From: Methanobacteriota archaeon
GTDB lineage: Archaea; Thermoplasmatota; Thermoplasmata; RBG-16-68-12; JAFNFQ01
Direction of reading: 5' to 3'
DNA: 20,000 nucleotides
Assembly (NCBI GenBank): GCA_017885655.1
Contig: JAFNFQ010000047.1
Span: forward strand, 8,722 to 28,721
Shown here: in pieces, positions 15,525 to 20,000 of the stretch
How the letters are laid out: each line of letters begins with the position of its first letter
Position numbering within the stretch: position 1 is the stretch's first letter
The notes under the pieces: generated by a model
What the model saw: the letters and a program-made list of their open reading frames with translations, nothing else
Databases searched by the model: none
Told to the model about the DNA's origin: nothing
Translations under genes and position numbers: made by a program

Positions 15525-18500
15525 ATGGCCAACTGGGTTTGCAGCAGCGACATCGAGGCGTACTTCGCCAGTCTCCAGAAGGAGGCGGACCGCTGCTACG
15601 AAGTCGGAAGGCTCGCGAGGGCGAAGGGGTTCGACCCGGAGCTGGACATAGAGACGCCTCAGACGAAAGACCTCGCGTCCCGCGTGGAGAGGCTCCTCAA
15701 GGATTATGGCGTCGATGACGTCGCCGACATCATCCGGGAGCACAGCAAGAAGCATGACAGGGAGACGGTATCCATCATGGTCGCCAAGGATGTCGCGAGG
15801 CGCGGCAACGGCTCCAAGGAGAAGGCCGTCGAGAGGGCCGTCCGCGTCGGGCTGGCGATACTCACGGAAGGCATCCTTGTCGCCCCGCTCGAGGGTCTCG
15901 CCGATGTCAAGGTCAAGAAGAACAGGGACGGGACATCATATGTCGACCTCCTCTACGCAGGTCCGATACGCTCCGCGGGAGGCACTGCCCAAGCGCTGAG
16001 CGTCCTCATAGCGGACGTCGTAAGAAGAGAACTGGGCATAGGCAGATATCAGCCGACGCAACAGGAGGTGGACCGCCTCAAGGAAGAGATACCGCTCTAC
16101 AAGCAGGTTCAGCACCTCCAGTACAATCCGACGGCAGAGGAGATCGAGCTCATGGCGAGCAACTGCCCCGTGAGTATCAACGGCGAAGCGACGGAGGAGA
16201 TGGAGATCTCCGGGCACAGGGATCTGCCGCGCGTGGAGACGAACCGCCTGCGCGGCGGGATGTGTCTCGTCATCTCCGACGGCTTGTGCCTCAAGGCTCC
16301 GAAGATCCAGAAGCATGTGAAGCGGCTGAAGATAGACGGCTGGGAGTTCATCGACAATTACATCAAGGGGAAGACCGAGGAGACTTCGGACCGCCAGGAC
16401 GAGGATATCGTCGTGGAGGCCAGCGACAAGTTCATTCAGAATATTCTGGCGGGGAGACCGGTGCTCTGTCACCCGAGCCGCGCCGGCGGCTTCAGGCTGA
16501 GGTACGGAAGGACGAGAGCGACCGGATTGGCGGCTGTCGCAATCCATCCCGCCGCAATGGCGGTGCTCGACAACTTCATCGCCGTCGGGACTCAGATAAA
16601 GACGGAGCGACCCGGGAAAGCCGCTGCCGCGACGCCCTGCGACACCATCGAGCCGCCAATCGTCCTGCTCAAGGACGAGAGTCTCGTGACGCTCAGCTCG
16701 CTTGACGAGGTGGAGGAGGCGCGGGAATCCATCAAGACCATCGTCGACCTCGGCGAGATACTCATACCCTTCGGCGAGTTCCTGGAGAATAACCACGTCC
16801 TCATGCCAGGAGCGTTCGGGCTCGATTGGTATCACGAGGAGATGGTGCATGCCGCGGTCAGGCCGCCCGATGACTTGGGCGATCTGCCATTCCAGGATGC
16901 CTTGAACTTGAGCAGGAAGCACAAATTTCCGCTGCATCCGCGGTACAACCTGTTCTGGCATGACCTGACCGCGAACGAGATTCTTTCGTTGCGCGACTTC
17001 GTCGAGAAGAATGGTCATGTTGATGGCGAGGTGCTCAGGCTTCCGAACGACCAGAGATTCAAAGACATGCTCTGCGTGCTCGGCGCACTCCATCGACTGA
17101 ATGACGGGAATATCGTCATTGACACCTACGGGCCTCCGCTCGTCCTCTGCCTCGGGCTCGAGGATCGCGGCGGGAAGCTCGAGAGGGTGCGAGACTCGCA
17201 GGCGAAGGATAGCCTCGCCCTGGTCTCCGCGTTGGCGGGAATCGAGGTGAGGGCCAGAGGCCCCACGAGGATTGGCGCACGCATGGGCAGACCGGAGAAG
17301 GCGGCGCCGCGCAAGATGAAACCCGCCCCGCACGCCCTCTTCCCGATCGGCAGGGAGGGAGGGCAGCAGAGGCTCTTGAGGGAGGCCTTGGCAAACGATG
17401 TCGTCGAGCTGGAGGTCGGGCTGAGGATCTGCACGACGTGCGGCAAGAGGTGGTTCCTCCCGAAGTGCCCGTGCGGCGGCCACACTGTGCTCAGGGACGC
17501 TAGATCCCCTCAGAAGATACCGCTCAGGGAGGTCTACGAAGAGGCCGCAGCGAGGACGGGGCTGAGAGGGAAGAACATGGACGTGAAATGCGTCCAGGGC
17601 ATGATCTCAAAGACCAAGACTCCGGAACCGCTCGAGAAAGGTCTCCTTCGCGCCAAGCACGAGGTCTTCGTGTTCAAGGACGGCACAACCAGGTTCGACA
17701 TGACGAACCTGCCCCTCACTCACTTCAGGCTCTCGGACGCCGACATGACGCCAGAGGTGGCGAAGAAGCTGGGATACGAAAGGGACATCCAGGGCCAGCC
17801 AATCGTGGACGAGGGACAGCTCGTCGAACTGCGCGTCCACGACATAATCGTCTCTCGCGACTGCGGGGAGTATCTCGTGCGAGTCTCCCATTTCATCGAC
17901 GATCTGCTTGAGAAGCTCTACGGTCTCCCTACGTTCTATGACGCCGCCGGGCCGGAGGACCTCGTGGGGCAGATGGCGGTCGGCCTCGCGCCGCACACTT
18001 CTGGAGGCGTCCTCGCACGGATCATAGGCTTCACTCCCGTCAAGGCCTGCCTGGCGCATCCCTATTTCCACGCCGCGAAGCGGAGGAACTGCGACGGCGA
18101 CGAGGACTCCGTGATCCTCCTGCTCGACTGCCTGATCAATTTCAGCAGGGCGTTCCTTCCTGAGAAAAGGGGGGGTTTGATGGACGCGCCTCTGGTCCTC
18201 TCGACTCACATCGACCCGAACGAGATTGACAAGGAAGCTCACAACATCGACTTGAGGTCGCGATACCCGTTGGAATTCTTCCAGGCCACGATGAAGCACG
18301 CGGAGCCGAGGAAACTCGAGACAATGATGGACATCGCGGGCAAGAGGATCGGCAGCGTGCTGCAATACGAAGGCTTCGGCTTCACTCATGACGTCACGAG
18401 CATCGCCGATGCCCCTCTCACCTCTGCCTATGGCGAGGGCGGCATGGTGGAGAAACTCGAGGCGCAGCTCAACCTCGCATCGAAGATCAGGGCGGTGGAT

Positions 18501-18860
18501 GTGCCCGATGTCGTCACGAGGATCGTCGTCCACCACTTCCTCCCTGACCTGATAGGCAACCTCAAGGCTTTCTCCAGCCAGCAGGTTCGGTGCACCAAGT
18601 GCAACGCGAAGTTTAGGAGGATGCCGCTTAAGGGGCAATGTACCGTCCTCACAAACAAGGGACGCGAGTGCGGCGGGAATCTCATGCTCACCGTGCATAA
18701 GAGCTCCGTCAAGAAATATCTCGAGGTCTCGAAGCGCATCGCGGAGCAGTATGGTGTCTCGAATTACCTGCGGCAGCGCCTCGACTTGGCCGAGGAGGCT
18801 ATCGCCTCGCTGTTCACCAACGAGAAGGTCAAGGGCCTCAAGATCGACGATTTCCTGTGA
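15525..18860 (+). CDS. polC: DNA polymerase II (family D) large subunit DP2
   Basis: Contains AGPIRSAGGTAQALSVLIADVVRRELGIGRYQPT, CPCGGHT, and the uninterrupted catalytic region RRNCDGDEDSVILLLDCLINFSRAFLPEKRGGLMDAPLVL. A C-terminal zinc-binding CTKCNAKFRRMP...CGG is also present. The track ORF opens at 15213, but ATG 15525 (MANWVCSSDIEAYFASLQ) is the family-typical start. Confidence 0.96.
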   Translation: MANWVCSSDIEAYFASLQKEADRCYEVGRLARAKGFDPELDIETPQTKDLASRVERLLKDYGVDDVADIIREHSKKHDRETVSIMVAKDVARRGNGSKEKAVERAVRVGLAILTEGILVAPLEGLADVKVKKNRDGTSYVDLLYAGPIRSAGGTAQALSVLIADVVRRELGIGRYQPTQQEVDRLKEEIPLYKQVQHLQYNPTAEEIELMASNCPVSINGEATEEMEISGHRDLPRVETNRLRGGMCLVISDGLCLKAPKIQKHVKRLKIDGWEFIDNYIKGKTEETSDRQDEDIVVEASDKFIQNILAGRPVLCHPSRAGGFRLRYGRTRATGLAAVAIHPAAMAVLDNFIAVGTQIKTERPGKAAAATPCDTIEPPIVLLKDESLVTLSSLDEVEEARESIKTIVDLGEILIPFGEFLENNHVLMPGAFGLDWYHEEMVHAAVRPPDDLGDLPFQDALNLSRKHKFPLHPRYNLFWHDLTANEILSLRDFVEKNGHVDGEVLRLPNDQRFKDMLCVLGALHRLNDGNIVIDTYGPPLVLCLGLEDRGGKLERVRDSQAKDSLALVSALAGIEVRARGPTRIGARMGRPEKAAPRKMKPAPHALFPIGREGGQQRLLREALANDVVELEVGLRICTTCGKRWFLPKCPCGGHTVLRDARSPQKIPLREVYEEAAARTGLRGKNMDVKCVQGMISKTKTPEPLEKGLLRAKHEVFVFKDGTTRFDMTNLPLTHFRLSDADMTPEVAKKLGYERDIQGQPIVDEGQLVELRVHDIIVSRDCGEYLVRVSHFIDDLLEKLYGLPTFYDAAGPEDLVGQMAVGLAPHTSGGVLARIIGFTPVKACLAHPYFHAAKRRNCDGDEDSVILLLDCLINFSRAFLPEKRGGLMDAPLVLSTHIDPNEIDKEAHNIDLRSRYPLEFFQATMKHAEPRKLETMMDIAGKRIGSVLQYEGFGFTHDVTSIADAPLTSAYGEGGMVEKLEAQLNLASKIRAVDVPDVVTRIVVHHFLPDLIGNLKAFSSQQVRCTKCNAKFRRMPLKGQCTVLTNKGRECGGNLMLTVHKSSVKKYLEVSKRIAEQYGVSNYLRQRLDLAEEAIASLFTNEKVKGLKIDDFL

Positions 18861-18958
18861 TGGCACGAGGGTGGAAAGGGCTCCGGGTAGAGGCCTTGGC
18901 AATGTGACGTGCTACCACATGTCCCGAAGGGTTATTGTCCATCGCCTCGATTCATGGA

Positions 18959-20000
18959 ATGATGTTCGCGTCTAGAGCCGGCCACGTCGAGGTATCTGGC
19001 ATACGGAAGATGTTCGAGTCCGCACCGCCGGGCGCAATAAACCTCGGGCTGGGAGAGCCGGACCTGCAGCCCCCGCCGAAGGTCATCGAGGCGCTCAAGA
19101 AGGCCATAGACAGCGGCATGAACAAGTACGGGCCGACCGGGGGCATACCCGAACTTCGGCAGGCGGTCGCGGAGAGACTGGCCAGGTTCGCGGATGTCAA
19201 GCCCGACACAGTGCTGATAACAGCGGGCGCAACAGAGGCGCTGTGCGTGACGATGCAGACCCTCATAGACAACGGGGATGAGGTCCTCATACCGGATCCC
19301 GGGTTCGTCCTCTTCGGACCGCAGGTCAGGCTCGCTGGCGGGGTCCCTGTCACCTACTCGCTTGCCGAGGATAACGGATTCATTCCAGGAATCGACGAGT
19401 TGAGGGCGCTCGTGACGCACAGGACCAAGGCGATAATCGTCAACAGCCCGGCGAACCCGACAGGTGCCGTGTTCGACAGGAAGACCGTCCAGGCCATCGC
19501 CGACTTCGCGAAGGAGGAGGGCCTCATAGTCATCAGCGACGAGGTGTACGACGCGATCGTGTACGAGGGCGCGCATGAGTCGTTCCTTGGCAAGTACGAG
19601 AACACGGTCTACGTGAATTCGTTTTCCAAGGTTTTCGCGATGACCGGGTGGAGGCTCGGGTACCTGACCGCACCCCCGGAGATGATCAAGCAGATGGCCA
19701 AGATCCACTACTACATGGTCGCGTGCCCGCCGACACCGACGCAATACGCGGTCCTCGCGGGCCTGAGGGAGCCGGAGGACTACGTGCCGAAGATGGTCAA
19801 GGAGTTCGGCATCAGGCGGGAGATCATAGTCAAGGAACTCGGCAAGATGCCGGGCTTCCACTGCCTCAAGCCGAAGGGCGCGTTCTACGCCTTCCCCACG
19901 TACGACTATGACATGGCCTCTGAGGAGATGGCCATGAGCCTTCTCAGCGGAGGGGTGATCTGCACGCCCGGCAGGGCATTCGGCGAGCAGGGGGAGAGGC
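18959..20000 (+). CDS. pyridoxal-phosphate-dependent aminotransferase class I/II (aspartate aminotransferase-like), partial
   Basis: Manual translation from ATG 18959/18962: MFASRAGHVEVSGIRKMFESAPPGAINLGLGEPDLQPP...NSPANPTGAVFDRK...SDEVYDAIVYEG...NSFSKVFAMTGWRLGYLTAP. Open to the window end; the ORF track omits it because it has no stop. Confidence 0.93.
   Translation, partial: MMFASRAGHVEVSGIRKMFESAPPGAINLGLGEPDLQPPPKVIEALKKAIDSGMNKYGPTGGIPELRQAVAERLARFADVKPDTVLITAGATEALCVTMQTLIDNGDEVLIPDPGFVLFGPQVRLAGGVPVTYSLAEDNGFIPGIDELRALVTHRTKAIIVNSPANPTGAVFDRKTVQAIADFAKEEGLIVISDEVYDAIVYEGAHESFLGKYENTVYVNSFSKVFAMTGWRLGYLTAPPEMIKQMAKIHYYMVACPPTPTQYAVLAGLREPEDYVPKMVKEFGIRREIIVKELGKMPGFHCLKPKGAFYAFPTYDYDMASEEMAMSLLSGGVICTPGRAFGEQGER

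Noticed and set aside
15936-17483. 515-aa minus-strand ORF antisense to polC
   Set aside because: The + strand encodes conserved DP2. The antisense frame is a codon-bias artefact with no domain-like motifs.
17607-18902. 431-aa minus-strand ORF antisense to the end of polC
   Set aside because: Shadow ORF of the conserved DP2 C-terminal catalytic region.
18932-19861. 309-aa minus-strand ORF listed in the track
   Set aside because: Lies opposite a convincing class I/II aminotransferase open frame (18959 to window end) with the PLP lysine motif SFSKVFAMTGWRLGY.

Overview
This window is archaeal, probably Thermoplasmatota-like. The evidence is a family D DNA polymerase large subunit, a Thermoplasma-like 5S rRNA core, archaeal TATA boxes and a Ras/Rab-like small GTPase. 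I see these features in order. (1) Minus-strand metabolic genes: a 36-aa N-terminal fragment at the window edge, a COG3199-type ATP-NAD kinase, a 4-hydroxybutyryl-CoA dehydratase family protein and an acyl-CoA dehydrogenase. (2) A short winged-helix ORF, a membrane protein, and a PflX-like radical SAM protein, which is convergent with a small GTPase. (3) A prepilin-peptidase-like (A24) membrane protein followed by a 5S rRNA. The 5S core looks conserved, but its 3' part appears to carry an insertion of about 60-65 nt made of three consecutive hairpins. (4) A 1555-aa minus-strand protein with three zinc ribbons, TPR-like repeats, seven copies of a 10-aa NGLVNGIGRT repeat, a TM segment, and a large outer region (DUF11-like, lamin-tail-like and Ca-binding-like segments). 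It sits downstream of a KaiC-like ATPase and a double winged-helix regulator. (5) A thioredoxin divergent from polC (DP2), then a class I/II aminotransferase running off the end. No CRISPR, transposon or phage feature was found. The best candidates for something undescribed are the insertion-bearing 5S rRNA and the KaiC/wHTH/zinc-ribbon surface protein module.
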